A stretch of DNA of 64,000 bases from an archaeon (GTDB taxonomy: Archaea; Asgardarchaeota; Thorarchaeia; Thorarchaeales; Thorarchaeaceae), in the NCBI GenBank assembly GCA_024276825.1, contig JAJRWI010000009.1:1-64000 (forward strand), given 5' to 3'. Position numbers and translations under genes: made by a program. The notes beneath the pieces are model-generated. The model did no database searches, was not told the origin of the DNA, and saw nothing but the letters and a program-made list of their open reading frames with translations. This document shows positions 20,023 to 30,290 of the stretch, in pieces. Within the stretch, counting starts at the first letter, position 1, and each line of letters begins with the position of its first letter.

Positions 20023-21524
20023 GGTATTAATGTGAAGGCGCCGTTTATTGCAAGTTCCATGATTATGCTGGGATTAAGAAATAGAATCACAGTCAGGGCA
20101 GCACAGATGATGACCGCCAGTGTTGGAATTCGGGGCAGTGTGATTCTTGACTCATCAGAGGGGTCTTCAAAGTAAGTGACCTTTAGCACTCGTAGGTAAT
20201 AACCCAGAGAGAACACCGAGTTGATAAGTCCAATCAATGCAAGCCACCACATACCAACTTCCACAGCGCTTTGGAATACGTACCACTTGGCCCAGAGACC
20301 CACAGTGAACGGGATTCCAGCCAGAGATATCATGAATATGACTAGCATTCCCGCAGCTAATGGAGACCGTCTGCTCAATCCAGACAGATCTGCATAAGTG
20401 ATTTCTTTTGCAAGTCTGAGTGAGAGAATCCATATGAGAATGAATGCTCCGGCCTTTGTAATGGCATGTGCAAATGCATAGAACAGTGCTGCTGAGGCAC
20501 CAAAGGAATTGGTTGCGGTAGTCGAGGCGATTCCGATGAACAGGTAGCCCATCTGGGCAATGGATGAAAATGCCAACATCTTGGTGATCGTTATCTTTGG
20601 ATCAAGTGCCAGTACATTGCCAATAATCATGGTTGCAACTGATACTATCACAATAAGCATGCTCCACTCAAAGCGTGCAACAAGGAACCCTACAAGGAGG
20701 ATTCGCATGAGGGCACTTATACCAGTCTTCTTGGTAGCGCCGGCCAAATACGAAACGACATTGCCATCGGAATTGCAATATGTGTCAGGGACCCATTGCC
20801 AGCCAGGGAATATACCAACTTTGAAGCCAAAGGCAATCACAAAAAGGATTAAGGCAAGAATCAGGGGGTATGCTGCTTCGCCAATTGGGGTTGTAGACCA
20901 GATTGTGTTGGCTGCGGCAGCGATAACAGGAATTGATGTGGTCCCTATCACACCATAGACTATTGCAATGCCAAAGGCGAGAAGCATGCTAGAGAGCAGA
21001 CCAATAACCAAGTACTTTACAGCACCGTCAATAGACCCTCTGAATGGACCAAGCGCGACAAGCACGTAAGTTGGTGTGGACATCAACTCCCATGCCATGA
21101 AAAGGGCGACGAGATCATTTGCCATTACAACCCACATGGCTCCCGCGAAAGATATCAGAAATAGTGCGTTATAGATCCCTTTTGAGCCGCCATAACTTGT
21201 GGCAGAGAGCAAGACAATGAAGGCAACAAACAGGATGATATAGATGAAGAAGTCTGTGAAGGCATTTCTGATGAACAGACCACCAAATGAATTGGTTGGT
21301 GCGAGAATTATCATCTCGAGCCCTGAGAGAATCACGCCTATGAAACTGATGGGCAGGGGGTTCCAGCGGAGACCCACCATCAGGGCCAATAATGCAAATA
21401 CTATCAAGGTTATTGCCGGAAGCGAACCAATCCAGTCGCTTGGAACATAGGTTGTCATAAGATCTCTTATTGGACTTGCGATGAGTTCGAACAGTTGTAG
21501 TAGTGGGTCAAATATCTGGAACAT
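20019..21524 (-). CDS. nuoN: Complex I-like subunit N
   Basis: WELMSTPTYVLV, AVKY, FKVGIFP-WVPD, LAFSSIAQMGY, SLAGIPFTVG. Confidence 0.88.
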   Translation of the reverse strand: MFQIFDPLLQLFELIASPIRDLMTTYVPSDWIGSLPAITLIVFALLALMVGLRWNPLPISFIGVILSGLEMIILAPTNSFGGLFIRNAFTDFFIYIILFVAFIVLLSATSYGGSKGIYNALFLISFAGAMWVVMANDLVALFMAWELMSTPTYVLVALGPFRGSIDGAVKYLVIGLLSSMLLAFGIAIVYGVIGTTSIPVIAAAANTIWSTTPIGEAAYPLILALILFVIAFGFKVGIFPGWQWVPDTYCNSDGNVVSYLAGATKKTGISALMRILLVGFLVARFEWSMLIVIVSVATMIIGNVLALDPKITITKMLAFSSIAQMGYLFIGIASTTATNSFGASAALFYAFAHAITKAGAFILIWILSLRLAKEITYADLSGLSRRSPLAAGMLVIFMISLAGIPFTVGLWAKWYVFQSAVEVGMWWLALIGLINSVFSLGYYLRVLKVTYFEDPSDESRITLPRIPTLAVIICAALTVILFLNPSIIMELAINGAFTLIP

Positions 21525-23017
21525 TATGGAATCACCCCTAGCATGTTATCAACAGCTGGTGCTATTAGGTTCAATATCAAGTCAGGCCACACACCCAACA
21601 GAATGACGGGAATCATCATCAGAACAGGAGCAATTAGGTCACTCCAACTGGCCTCTTTAACTCCACTCTCAGGATCTGGCTCGCTAAAGACAATCCTGTT
21701 AAGAGTCCATAACAGATAGCCGACAGTTATGAAAATGCCAAATGCTATCAGCCCTGATAATGGATAGATCATTACTGCGCCAAAGATAATGAGCAACTCG
21801 GCAATAAAGCCACTAAAGCCCGGTAGTCCGAAAGCAGCAAATGATGCAAGGATAAGCAGGACCGACATTCTTGGGGCTTGCTTCAGGAGACCCTTGACCT
21901 TGGGGATCTCGCGAGTGCCAGCAGAATATTTCAACTGTCCTGCCATGATGAACATCACAGAGATGATTGTTCCATGGGAGAACATCATGAATACTGCACC
22001 CTGAATTGCCAGACTTGTTCCCACTGCCACTCCAAGTAAGACCCAAGACATGTGATTGATTGAGGTATAGGCGACCATACTCTTGAGATCAGTCTGGGCC
22101 ATTGCGGTGAATGCCGCATAAATGCATGTAAAGATGGCAAGAATTACGAATGGAATGCTGAGTCTTGCAAATGCATCAGGCACAAGCCAGACACCAAGAC
22201 GGATGAAGGCGTATCCGCCCATCTTCAGCAGAATGCCAGCAAGAATTACAGACCCTGGAGTCGGCGCCTTTACATGAGCCCAAGGAAGCCAAGTGTGCAT
22301 CGGAAACACAGGGAGTTTCACTCCAGCGCCCATAAACACCGCAAGAACATAGCCCATCTGCACCATCGATGGAAGACTCATGTCGCGGAGGGCTAACATA
22401 TTGAAGGTATGACCTCCGAAGAAGAAGATCACAAAAAAGCCCACAAGCATGATTGCTGAGCCAAAGTGTGTGAAGATAAAGAACTTGATGGCCGCATGTT
22501 TGCAACCCTCCTCACCCCATTTGCCAATTATGAAGAACATGGGGATTAAGACCAGTTCCCACATAACAAAGAATCCCACAAGGTCGATGGACATGAAGAC
22601 TCCAAGCAGGCCGGTCTGCATGAACATGAATAATGAATAGTAAAGGCTCTGTGACTTGTTGATGTGGTTCGAGCTGATGGCTGCAATGAGAGTGACGATG
22701 TTGGACAATAGAATCATCACAACCGAGATACCATCAACTCCCAATGCGAGTTGCATGTTGGCCCAATCACCAGATACATAGATTCTGCCAAATGTGTAGG
22801 CCCATAGAAATGTCATGTCTGAGGAGGGATCAATACCAAGTGCCAGTAAAACTGCAAGTCCGAGTTCGAACAACGAAATTACCAGTGTGATTGCTCTTGC
22901 TGCCCGAGAACCGGTCAATAGAGATAGGAAAGCACCAATCAATGGCGCAAGCAGCATCAATGGCAGTATTGGTAGTGGCAAGCTCTGAAGTATCTGTAAG
23001 GCAAAGTCCAACTGCAA
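21524..23017 (-). CDS. nuoM: Complex I-like subunit M (canonical copy)
   Basis: DGIS, WELVLIPMF, AAIKFF, KLPVFPMHTWLPWAHVKAPTPGSVILAGILLKMGGY, AYTSINHM, SHG, GFIAE. Confidence 0.9.
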   Translation of the reverse strand: MQLDFALQILQSLPLPILPLMLLAPLIGAFLSLLTGSRAARAITLVISLFELGLAVLLALGIDPSSDMTFLWAYTFGRIYVSGDWANMQLALGVDGISVVMILLSNIVTLIAAISSNHINKSQSLYYSLFMFMQTGLLGVFMSIDLVGFFVMWELVLIPMFFIIGKWGEEGCKHAAIKFFIFTHFGSAIMLVGFFVIFFFGGHTFNMLALRDMSLPSMVQMGYVLAVFMGAGVKLPVFPMHTWLPWAHVKAPTPGSVILAGILLKMGGYAFIRLGVWLVPDAFARLSIPFVILAIFTCIYAAFTAMAQTDLKSMVAYTSINHMSWVLLGVAVGTSLAIQGAVFMMFSHGTIISVMFIMAGQLKYSAGTREIPKVKGLLKQAPRMSVLLILASFAAFGLPGFSGFIAELLIIFGAVMIYPLSGLIAFGIFITVGYLLWTLNRIVFSEPDPESGVKEASWSDLIAPVLMMIPVILLGVWPDLILNLIAPAVDNMLGVIP

Positions 23018-25204
23018 TCACAGCACCCCCATTATGACAAGAAGGATGATTATCATCACTCCAAGTCCAAAGATTATCATTGCAACATAATCGTTGATAC
23101 GTCCCGTCTGCACAGTCATTCCCGTTCTGGATGCCTGCACACTCTGAGTGGCCACACCCTCAGCAAAGCCATCGATGACATGATCATCGAACCATCTAAT
23201 CTTTCTCGACATCGTCTGTGCCAGTCTTGATGAACCAAAGTCAATGCCATCTATTATTCGATTGTCAATCTTTACACGCCACCACTCGACAAACCTCAAG
23301 AACTTGTAAAGTACCCAGTAATAGAACTCGTTGATATACCAGCGATGTTTCAAAAAGCTGTAGACTCTTCTTCGGACTCCTCTTTCGGGAATGAGTGCAT
23401 TGTTCTTACCTTCACCCTTGATGTAAATCATATATGCAGGAATGCCGCCCAGCGCCAATGCAGCCAGAGTGGCTCCAAAGGGTATCAGGCCAGGCATGGT
23501 GATCTTGACTATAATCATTTCCATGAGAATCTCATCCCATGGAGTATCTGCAGCCAAGACAATGTTCTGAATTATCGGGTAAATGAGAAACGCGATTAGT
23601 GTGAATCCAGCAAGAATGTACAGTGGAATCATCATTGCAGGGCCCGGATCATGAGGCGAATTATGCGCCTCTTTATCTTGCATTTCATGATGCTCTTCTT
23701 CATGGCCATAGAACACGATACCCATTAGTCTGATACTATAGAATATTGTGCACATAGCAGCCAAGACTGCAAGTATGAACAAGACCATTCCAAGCTGATT
23801 CAGAAACACACCTGCCTCAGAGGCCACTGCAAGCTCATATGTGTATTCGATGATTGAGTCTTTTGACCAGAACCCTGAGAATGGAGGAATTCCAGCAAGT
23901 GCTGCAACTCCAATCCACATCACCGCCAGGGTTCTTGGCATGTACTTCTTGAGACCACCCATTTTTGTCATGTACTTGGTATGAACCGCATGAATTACTC
24001 CGCCTGCTGCAAGGAATAGGAGAGCCTTGAAGGCACCATGACTGATGACATGAAGAACAGAAGAGAGATAGGCGGCTTCCCCAGCATGGAGGAGATGTTC
24101 ATTGGCCCCAATCAAAAGACCGCCAACGCCAATCGCCAACATCATGTAGCCCAGCTGACTTAGAGTAGAGAATGCCAGAACCTGCTTCATTTCGTTTGAT
24201 GTCATACCCATGGTTGCTGTCATGAATGCAGTAATGGCACCAATGACAGCAATAACGAGGAAGAATGTCTGTGCACTGCCGAGCGAGATTAGAGAGGATT
24301 GAATATGTCCTGCAGCTTCCACAAGAGTGATGAGAAATCTGGCGCTTATGTATACTCCGGCCTTGACCATGGTGGCAGCATGAATTAGGGCAGAAACAGC
24401 AGTTGGACCTGCCATGGCCTCAGGCAGCCAAACCTGCAGTGGTGCCTGTCCGGACTTTCCAATCGCACCCATGAATATCAGCAGGAAGGTCGGTATCAGC
24501 ATTCCAGCCCCAACCATTGCTACAAACCATTCACCACTCTCAGCCATTTCAGTGAACATGAATGTTCCAGTGAAGAGAAATAGGAGAAGTATTCCCCCTA
24601 GCATAAAGGCGTCACCAATTCTTGTGACTATGAATGCCTTTGTGCCACAGTGTGTATTGTATTGACCCTCAGTCTTATAGTTCAGCAATGGATTGCTCTG
24701 AGGATAACCTGTGGGATCTTCTTCAGGAGGATTTCGTTTGTCGTTCCAGAAGCCAATCAGTCCATAGGAACAGAACCCCATTATCTCCCAGCCAATGAAC
24801 CCGATCAATAGGTTGTTGCTCAATACAAGTGTCAGCATTCCGCCTCCGAAGGCAAGCATCAGGAAGAAGAATCGATCTTTGTCCTCTTCATGTGCCATAT
24901 ATTCGGTACTGTAGACATAAATGAGGAAGCAGAGCGTGCTGGCCAGAACAGCCATAATAACCGACAGGGGATCCAATAAGACACCAAACTCAAGATGCAA
25001 TGAGGGAATCCACATCCAAGTTGTCTGTGTCTGAGGATTGTTGATCTCAAGGAGTAGCGACCAGCACAAGATCATAGTGATCCCCATCAGAATTGCGGGA
25101 GTCCAGTCTCTTAATTTCTGACTGAGCCTTCCAATCAGGGGGACGAATAATGAACCAGCAAGGGGAATCACAAGAATGATGTAATAGGGTAATCCGAACA
25201 GCAT
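23018..25204 (-). CDS. nuoL: Complex I-like subunit L with lengthened lateral helix
   Basis: GWEIMGFCSYGLIGFW, GKSGQAPLQVWLPEAMAGPTAVSALIHAATMVKAGVY, STLSQLGYM, GFWSKD, QTG. Confidence 0.92.
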   Translation of the reverse strand: MLFGLPYYIILVIPLAGSLFVPLIGRLSQKLRDWTPAILMGITMILCWSLLLEINNPQTQTTWMWIPSLHLEFGVLLDPLSVIMAVLASTLCFLIYVYSTEYMAHEEDKDRFFFLMLAFGGGMLTLVLSNNLLIGFIGWEIMGFCSYGLIGFWNDKRNPPEEDPTGYPQSNPLLNYKTEGQYNTHCGTKAFIVTRIGDAFMLGGILLLFLFTGTFMFTEMAESGEWFVAMVGAGMLIPTFLLIFMGAIGKSGQAPLQVWLPEAMAGPTAVSALIHAATMVKAGVYISARFLITLVEAAGHIQSSLISLGSAQTFFLVIAVIGAITAFMTATMGMTSNEMKQVLAFSTLSQLGYMMLAIGVGGLLIGANEHLLHAGEAAYLSSVLHVISHGAFKALLFLAAGGVIHAVHTKYMTKMGGLKKYMPRTLAVMWIGVAALAGIPPFSGFWSKDSIIEYTYELAVASEAGVFLNQLGMVLFILAVLAAMCTIFYSIRLMGIVFYGHEEEHHEMQDKEAHNSPHDPGPAMMIPLYILAGFTLIAFLIYPIIQNIVLAADTPWDEILMEMIIVKITMPGLIPFGATLAALALGGIPAYMIYIKGEGKNNALIPERGVRRRVYSFLKHRWYINEFYYWVLYKFLRFVEWWRVKIDNRIIDGIDFGSSRLAQTMSRKIRWFDDHVIDGFAEGVATQSVQASRTGMTVQTGRINDYVAMIIFGLGVMIIILLVIMGVL

Positions 25205-25214
25205 CTGTCACACC

Positions 25215-26744
25215 TCACGGAGTCGGAATGATATTAATCAGGTGACTGACTGCAGGCATAATCACATCCACAGCAAGCCCTGGGAATATTCCAAATAGCA
25301 CAATCAGCACGCCCAGTAGTATCTGGGGAATGATCATTGAGCGTGGACCCTCTTTGACATCTTCCAGCTCATCAGGATGAGGCCCGAGAAAGACCTTCCA
25401 GAGAAACCGCAGCATGTAGCCAGCACTAATGATTGAGCTCGAAACAGCAAAGATTGTCAGTATCAGAAAATTGAATGATCCAGTAGCATAATAGACTTGG
25501 AAGCCACCCAGAAACATCAACCATTCACTAGCAAAGCCTGAGAGGGGTGGGCTGCCTGCAATGCTCATGGCTCCGACTGCAGCCATAAATGCGGTGATTG
25601 GCATCTTATTGGAGAGACCGCCCATCTTATTGATATCTCTCAGACCTGTCTGATGGATAACTGTTCCAGCAGTCATGAACAACAGACCTTTTGAGAAGGC
25701 ATGATTAATCAGATGAAACATGCCTCCAGTCACGCCAAATGTGGAAAATGTGCCAAGGGCAAAGAGCACATAGCCCATTTGCGAAACTGATGAGTAAGCG
25801 AGCAGTCTCTTGATGTCCACTTGAACCAGTGCCATGAAGCCACCATAGAACATTGTGATGACGCCAATAGAACTGATGAAGAAAGCGAGGTCTCTGGCTG
25901 CTGAAAAGAGCATGATGTTTCCGAAGCGCATTAGAGCATAGGCACCGGTTTCAATCATTGCACCTGACAAGAGAACAGATATTGGAGTTGGAGCTTCAGC
26001 GTGAACGGGAGGTAGCCACCAATGGATTGGGAATACCGCCATCTTGACGAGAAACCCTGCAGCGAGTAAGATGAATATCACCTTGAGCATTCCAGAAGCA
26101 ATCAGTTCGCCAACAGCAGGCCCTCCAGCTATCAGAAATGCCTGAATGTCATTCAATACAAACATTCCTGTCACCATGTAGGTCAGTCCAAGGCCAACGA
26201 TTATGCAGACAGCTCCAGCCTGTGTGTAAAGCCAGAACTTCAGAGCTGTCCGCTGACGAGTTTCGGGTAGGCCCCAGAATAGTATCAGGAAATAGCTTGG
26301 GACCAACATCAGCTCCCAGGCGATGAAGAACTCTACGATGTTAGTTGCAAGAGTGACCCATTGCATGCCCATTAGAAAGAACAGTTGATTTGCAAAGAAG
26401 GTCGACCTGTTCTCCATATGTTTCGTATAGCCGATAGCATAGACAACTGACAGGAATCCAAGGAATACTACAGCGAAAGTAATGGGAAATGCGACACCAT
26501 CAAGAAACAGGCCAAATGAGCCCAAAACCGATGACCACTCGATAGACTCAAGGGCCACACCATTCTCGACCATCACACGATAGAACGGCGGTATCATGAG
26601 CAGCAAAGCAACAAAGGAGATTGCCGAGGCAACTTTTCCCGCATAGTTTTCAAATCGATCACCGTTCAGATATATCAACAGGCCGCCAAAGAACAGCACC
26701 ACGAGGGATGCTGTCATGAATGGAAATTCTACTATCTGCATCAT
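25215..26744 (-). CDS. nuoM: Additional NuoM-like antiporter subunit
   Basis: WELMLVPSY, ALKF, KMAVFPIHWWLPPVHAEAPTPISVLLSG, LAYSSVSQMGY, NHAFSK, GFASE. Confidence 0.8.
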   Translation of the reverse strand: MMQIVEFPFMTASLVVLFFGGLLIYLNGDRFENYAGKVASAISFVALLLMIPPFYRVMVENGVALESIEWSSVLGSFGLFLDGVAFPITFAVVFLGFLSVVYAIGYTKHMENRSTFFANQLFFLMGMQWVTLATNIVEFFIAWELMLVPSYFLILFWGLPETRQRTALKFWLYTQAGAVCIIVGLGLTYMVTGMFVLNDIQAFLIAGGPAVGELIASGMLKVIFILLAAGFLVKMAVFPIHWWLPPVHAEAPTPISVLLSGAMIETGAYALMRFGNIMLFSAARDLAFFISSIGVITMFYGGFMALVQVDIKRLLAYSSVSQMGYVLFALGTFSTFGVTGGMFHLINHAFSKGLLFMTAGTVIHQTGLRDINKMGGLSNKMPITAFMAAVGAMSIAGSPPLSGFASEWLMFLGGFQVYYATGSFNFLILTIFAVSSSIISAGYMLRFLWKVFLGPHPDELEDVKEGPRSMIIPQILLGVLIVLFGIFPGLAVDVIMPAVSHLINIIPTP

Positions 26745-27172
26745 CTGAATCTACTCCCTCGCCATTCTAGAGGATCCCTGTCTAGGGTTTCTATTCTTTC
26801 TGGATCGTAATGCAATCGCTCGCGTTCTGGCTCGCTCAGATCAACCACTTTAGTATGGAACAAGGCATTAAACCGACATGCTTGAACACAGAGGCCACAG
26901 AATATGCATCGAGTATAGTCAAAATACAAGGCTGCATCCTTCTCATATTTGCGGTCAGACTTGTCAATTCTGATGGCCACGACAGGGCAGGCCCGCACAC
27001 ATTGTGCGCATGCAGTACATTTCTCTCTAATGTGTATATGTCGGCCTCGTGTACGTTCAGGATGCTCCCGGTCCTCGTAGGGATAGAGCACCGTAAATGG
27101 TCGCTCAAAGACCTGACTGAACACATGTTTTAAGATTGTGAATATTTCTCCGAGAGTTGAAAAGAACCCCAT
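26741..27172 (-). CDS. nuoI: Complex I-like subunit I, 2x[4Fe-4S]
   Basis: TVLYPYE, RGRH, CTACAQCVRACP, CIFCGLCVQAC. Confidence 0.92.
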   Translation of the reverse strand: MGFFSTLGEIFTILKHVFSQVFERPFTVLYPYEDREHPERTRGRHIHIREKCTACAQCVRACPVVAIRIDKSDRKYEKDAALYFDYTRCIFCGLCVQACRFNALFHTKVVDLSEPERERLHYDPERIETLDRDPLEWRGSRFR

Positions 27173-27176
27173 TTGC

Positions 27177-28316
27177 TTAACCTCCCATTACAAGGGCCGC
27201 AAGGCCATCAATGTATGCCAGTCCAAATAGCACAAGAATGATGTTCAGCATTGATAGTGGCAGCAAATATTTCCAGCAGTATCTTGTGATCTGGTCCTGC
27301 CTTAGTCTGTAAAATGAAGATGTCACTATAATGAAGAAGAACATCACAATCAAGAATTTGATTATAAAGTTGACAAATCCCGGTAGAAACGGAAGTCCTG
27401 AAGCTCCTCCAAAGAAAAGTACAACCATGAGTGCGCTATAGAGCATCTGTTCAGCAAACTCTGCAAAGTAGGTCAGAGTGAAATAGACACCAGAGAGTTC
27501 AGTTCTCCAGCCAAAAATAATCTCGGAGTCTGCAACAGGTGCATCAAACGGGAAGGTCCCAACAGCGACCACAGAGCTGACAAGGAAGGTAACAAAATTG
27601 ATCGGTAGCAGAAACACATACCACACCGAACTCTGAGCTCCTGAAATCGCCATTAGACTCAGAGACCCAGCAAGCAGGGCAGGACCAACTGAAGACATTA
27701 TGATGGGGATTTCTGCTGCAAACTGATTGTTTGCTGCTCGGAAACCACCTATCAATGAGTATTTAGAGCCGCTAATCCATCCAATCAGTAATGCCAGAAT
27801 TGGTACTGCGGCTAGAAATGCAAACACTAGTACTAGGCTAACGCTAAGGTCAGCGATATACCAAGTTGCGTCCCAAGGTATGAAAGCGAAGGGCAGAAGG
27901 ACTATGACTAACAGGATTGATGGTAAGATGCGATACATCCAACGTCTTGAACCATCAGGAATGATGACCTCTTTGGAAATAAGCTTGATGGCATCAGCAA
28001 AGAGCTGCAGTCCACCAAATTTGCCCATATGAAACGGACCCCGTCGCATCTGGATTCGACCCCACATTTTTCGGGTGAACCAGACTGTATAGATCAGGGC
28101 AAGGACTACGAATATGAGTCCTGGAAATAAGATTGCCTTAATCAGAAAGTCGAGATTCAGGAAGACTAAATCCCAAATCCAGAATATAACACCCCAGACC
28201 CAGTTGTAGACCCAAAGGATGATTCCAACAATCCAGTTAACGACATCATAAACCCAGAAGATTAGCCCATAGACCCAATCAATCAGAATTTGAAACCAGT
28301 TGACTTGCATCATCAC
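27177..28316 (-). CDS. nuoH: Complex I-like subunit H
   Basis: RKMWGRIQMRRGP, QLFADAIKLISKE, SKYSLIGGFR, PFD, RLRQDQ, WK. Confidence 0.92.
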   Translation of the reverse strand: MMMQVNWFQILIDWVYGLIFWVYDVVNWIVGIILWVYNWVWGVIFWIWDLVFLNLDFLIKAILFPGLIFVVLALIYTVWFTRKMWGRIQMRRGPFHMGKFGGLQLFADAIKLISKEVIIPDGSRRWMYRILPSILLVIVLLPFAFIPWDATWYIADLSVSLVLVFAFLAAVPILALLIGWISGSKYSLIGGFRAANNQFAAEIPIIMSSVGPALLAGSLSLMAISGAQSSVWYVFLLPINFVTFLVSSVVAVGTFPFDAPVADSEIIFGWRTELSGVYFTLTYFAEFAEQMLYSALMVVLFFGGASGLPFLPGFVNFIIKFLIVMFFFIIVTSSFYRLRQDQITRYCWKYLLPLSMLNIILVLFGLAYIDGLAALVMGG

Positions 28317-28326
28317 TCTTATCCTC

Positions 28327-29463
28327 CTATCTGTCCCAAAGCCCGGGATATGGATCTAGACTTCCAAATATCACAATAAAGTCTGCAAAGCGCGATCCTG
28401 GCACTAGATGCTTTAAGGCATAGTATGAGGCAAAGCACGGGCCTCGAATCTTCGCCCTATAGGCGGTCTGTGCCTTTTCGGTCGTCTTCAACCAGAGGGA
28501 GGTTATTCCTCGTGTCCCTTCAACTCTGCCATATGCCTCGCCTTCAGGTAGTCTGTTTGCCTTTGCTCTTGCCTTTGGATCAATTATTGGACCTTCTGGA
28601 ATCTGAGGCAATAGCTGTCGTATTATGTTGATTGAGGTCTCAACCTCCAAAAACCGCTGAACCATTCTGTCGTAAGCATCGCTCTGGCCGGGATGCTCCT
28701 CATTGTGAACCGTGGGCACTTCCCAGTCTGCAAGATCATAGGCGAGGTTGGAGTCGGGCTTGTCCTTTCGCAGGTCCATTGGCACCCCACACGCCTTGAT
28801 GTTCGGTCCTGAGAGACCCCAACGTAGGCCCTGTTCTGCACTGAAGAGACCTACATTCTTTGTACGAAGACGAAATGTCGGGCCATGTAATAGCATATCT
28901 TTGAACTTCGGCAATCGTTCCTCGATCCGCAATAGTGCACGATCAAGTTTCTTGAGAAATTTGTCAGTAAAGTCGTATTTCACGCCGCCAGGAGTATTGA
29001 ATGAAACTGCATGACGAGAGCCTGTGAGTTCCTCAAAGGCATCTAGGAAGTATTCACGATCCACCCATGGCCATAATAGCATCGTGAATAGACCAAGTTC
29101 TGCTGCAAACTGCCCCCACCAGAACTGAAGACTATGGATTCGACTGGCCTCCATGAGAATTGTACGCATGATACGGGCACGTTCGGGAACCTCAAGTCCA
29201 GCAATCTGCTCAACCGCTGAAACATATGGATATTCCATAAGAAATGATTCAAGCATGCACAACCGCTCCATCACTAGGGGGCCCTGCCTGAAATTCCTAA
29301 ACTCCAGCACTTTTTCAGCAGAACGATGGAAGTAGCCAGCATGCGGGTCACATTCCACAATGTAATCACCAATGAGTGTCAGCTTAGCGGCCCAGCCATG
29401 TGCTGAAACATGTTGGGGGCCAAACCAGATCTCGATTGCTTCATCAAGAATGTCAGGACTCAT
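28327..29463 (-). CDS. nuoD: Complex I-like subunit D (no NiFe CxxC motifs)
   Basis: FGPQHVSAHG, GYFHRSAEK, VPERA, PGGV, SGP, C-terminal SLDPYPGLWDR. Confidence 0.9.
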   Translation of the reverse strand: MSPDILDEAIEIWFGPQHVSAHGWAAKLTLIGDYIVECDPHAGYFHRSAEKVLEFRNFRQGPLVMERLCMLESFLMEYPYVSAVEQIAGLEVPERARIMRTILMEASRIHSLQFWWGQFAAELGLFTMLLWPWVDREYFLDAFEELTGSRHAVSFNTPGGVKYDFTDKFLKKLDRALLRIEERLPKFKDMLLHGPTFRLRTKNVGLFSAEQGLRWGLSGPNIKACGVPMDLRKDKPDSNLAYDLADWEVPTVHNEEHPGQSDAYDRMVQRFLEVETSINIIRQLLPQIPEGPIIDPKARAKANRLPEGEAYGRVEGTRGITSLWLKTTEKAQTAYRAKIRGPCFASYYALKHLVPGSRFADFIVIFGSLDPYPGLWDR

Positions 29464-29975
29464 TATTCATTCGCCTCCTTTGGTGGGCGTGGCTTGGGCT
29501 GCGGAAGTCCAGACTCTGCCAATCGACTGCGGTCAGTCATAAAGCTCTTTCTCATGGGATATCTTCCTACAAGTTCATCAGGAAGCAATAGAGGTCTGAG
29601 ATCGGGATGTCCCTTGAACTTGATACCGAACATCTCATGGGTCTCGCGCTCATGCCATTCAAGTCCAGCAATAATATCACTCACAGTATCAATCTCTGGG
29701 GGCTCGCCCTCAAGTAGAACCCGCACTTGAACCAGCAGTCTTTTGTTTCGCGACCAGAAGATGTAGATCATCTCATACTGATTGTTCCTTAGATCCACAC
29801 CGAAGCACGATTCAGGAAACAGATCATTGATGTACTCGTCTAAGAATCTGATTACATCACGTATCTTCTCCGGAGCTGCTTTGATGTCCAGTCTGTCAAT
29901 TGATGGCACTACTTCAATATCAGGCATCTTGTTGACCAGTTCCCGAGCCAGAGTCATTGCCTCACCATCACTCAT
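29463..29975 (-). CDS. nuoC: Complex I-like subunit C
   Basis: WHERETHEMFGIKFKGHPDLRPLLLP...PMRK; ATG 29975 overlaps the nuoK end. Confidence 0.9.
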   Translation of the reverse strand: MSDGEAMTLARELVNKMPDIEVVPSIDRLDIKAAPEKIRDVIRFLDEYINDLFPESCFGVDLRNNQYEMIYIFWSRNKRLLVQVRVLLEGEPPEIDTVSDIIAGLEWHERETHEMFGIKFKGHPDLRPLLLPDELVGRYPMRKSFMTDRSRLAESGLPQPKPRPPKEANE

Positions 29976-30288
29976 CAGAAATCTCCTCCTGAACAACTGG
30001 GACACCGAGGTCAATGGTCTGATATCTACGATGATACATGAGCATTAGTACCATGGCCAGAGCTGTATGAGCTGCAGCTACTGAAATAATCAGAATGACA
30101 AGACCTTGGCCAGTGAATGTAAAAGTGTCCAGATATAATGAGAATGCAACTAGAGCGATCATTACACCATTTCCCATGATTTCTGCGCTAATGATTATTC
30201 GAATGAGGTTTCTCTTCACCATCATTCCATATGCTCCAAGCCCAATGAGCATGAAAGCAAGTGCAAGATACCATGATAATGGAATCAT
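29968..30288 (-). CDS. nuoK: Complex I-like subunit K
   Basis: RNLIRIIISAEIM, GQ, VAAA; three TMs. Confidence 0.9.
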   Translation of the reverse strand: MIPLSWYLALAFMLIGLGAYGMMVKRNLIRIIISAEIMGNGVMIALVAFSLYLDTFTFTGQGLVILIISVAAAHTALAMVLMLMYHRRYQTIDLGVPVVQEEISDE

Positions 30289-30290
30289 CC

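Noticed and set aside
28327-29463. Group 4 [NiFe]-hydrogenase large subunit
   Set aside because: Neither CxxC pair is present and NuoB has the tandem CC of complex I
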